This document shows positions 62,949 through 64,000 of a stretch of 64,000 nt of DNA, one piece after another. The notes under the pieces are model-generated. The model worked only from the letters and a program-made list of their open reading frames with translations. It had not been told where the DNA came from and did not search any database. The position numbers and the translations under genes are program-made. The stretch spans positions 4,774,001-4,838,000 of the forward strand of contig NC_042999.1 of assembly GCF_006345805.1 (NCBI RefSeq). Reading direction: 5' to 3'. Source of the DNA: Octopus sinensis (Eukaryota). Positions within the stretch are counted from its first letter, which is position 1. Each line of letters starts with the position of its first letter.

Positions 62949-63173
62949 AATATGTTAGTATGTATGTGTGTGTGTTTGGGTACTTACGTTTATCTTATGA
63001 CTGCGAGTTATGGACTTGTTGGTGTTATCCGTAAACGGGAGTAAAACTGAAACAAGCCACTGATTTCTGTACTTTTAAAACACCACCAGTTCTTCAACCG
63101 TTTGCTTGAAATTTCCTTCTCTCTTTCGCTCTCTCTCTCCCTCTTTCTCTCTCTCCCCCACCGCCTTGCTCAC

Positions 63174-63400
63174 CGTCTTTCAATGCCTTCCATTTACTTC
63201 ACGGTCTCTTTCTTCCACCTGTTTGATTACTTTAATATTTCCGTTGCTAAGCATTGATGAATGCCAAGAGATGATCAGTTGAGAAGAAGAAGAAGAAGAA
63301 GAAGCAGAGAGTTTGAGGTGTAGAGAGAGAGAGAGAGAGGAATTCGAACGAAGGAGAGAACCAAGCTGGGAAAAAAGAATTCAGTAGTTGCGAAGAGAAA
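63174..63400 (-). other. Candidate first exon/promoter-proximal region of a minus-strand transcript
   Basis: Donor CG|GTGAGC at 63173, locally CpG-richer unique sequence. The 5' boundary is a guess. Confidence 0.3.
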
Positions 63401-63654
63401 GATAAAAGTTGTGTGTTCGAACGAGATAAATTTAAATGAGTGAACGAATTAAATACTTATTTAAAAAATAGCTGTAAAGAAGGATGTTGATGAAAGTAAG
63501 AAAGGAAAGGAGAAAGAGGTGAATGAAATGTAAAGTGCTGTGGGGGGGGGGGAGAAATAAGGAAGGGTGAAGGAAGATAGGGAGGGATAACAATTGAGTG
63601 TGAGAAAGTGGGAGTGGATGTGAGAGTTAAGAGAAGAGCGTGAGTTGCAGAAAG

Positions 63655-64000
63655 AGGGGAAAGAGATAGAGAGACAAACAGAGGGAGAGAGAGCCAGATA
63701 GATAAGCAAAGAGAGGGTAAGAGAGAGAGAGGGAGAGAGAGGGCAAGCAGAGGGTAAGAGACAAATAGACAGGCAAGCAGAGGGTAAGAGAGACAGATAG
63801 ATAAGCAAAGAGAGGGTAAGAAAGAGAGAGAGAGCAAGCAGAGGGTAAGAGAGACAGATAGACAAGCAAAGAGAGGGTAAGAGAGACAGATAGATAAGCA
63901 AAGAGAGGGTAAGAGAGACAGATAGATAAGCAAAGAGAGGGTAAGAGAGACAGATAGATAAGCAAAGAGAGGGTAAGAGAGACAGATAGATAAGCAAAGA
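63655..64000. repeat. Purine-rich 32-bp minisatellite running off the window end
   Basis: Unit GAGACAGATAGATAAGCAAAGAGAGGGTAAGA. Confidence 0.92.

Overview
AT-rich, repeat-dense animal genomic DNA. The SINE/LINE repertoire and microsatellite load suggest a cephalopod, probably Octopus (inference). Two protein-coding genes are well supported and arranged tail-to-tail. On +, the last six coding exons of a Niemann-Pick C1 (NPC1) orthologue span 2074-14693. On -, a complete 437-aa MFSD4/NaGLT1-like MFS transporter is encoded by three coding exons (25390-23462). An orphan - strand exon-like ORF (38618-38818) and several non-coding exon candidates (53.8-54.7 kb, 62-63.4 kb) are weaker. The remainder is a mosaic of tRNA-headed SINEs, 3' ends of RTE and CR1-type LINEs, a mariner remnant, MITEs, non-autonomous Helitrons and simple repeats. 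The most striking signal, invisible in the ORF track, is about ten type I hammerhead-ribozyme (HHR) folds. They belong to several Penelope-like element (PLE) terminal-repeat families and are often paired with inverted copies or zero-spacer palindromes. One family places a tRNA-like Pol III cassette between the PLE endonuclease ORF and the HHR. Most ORFs in the supplied track are repeat artefacts. All folds and alignments were read by eye and need computational confirmation.
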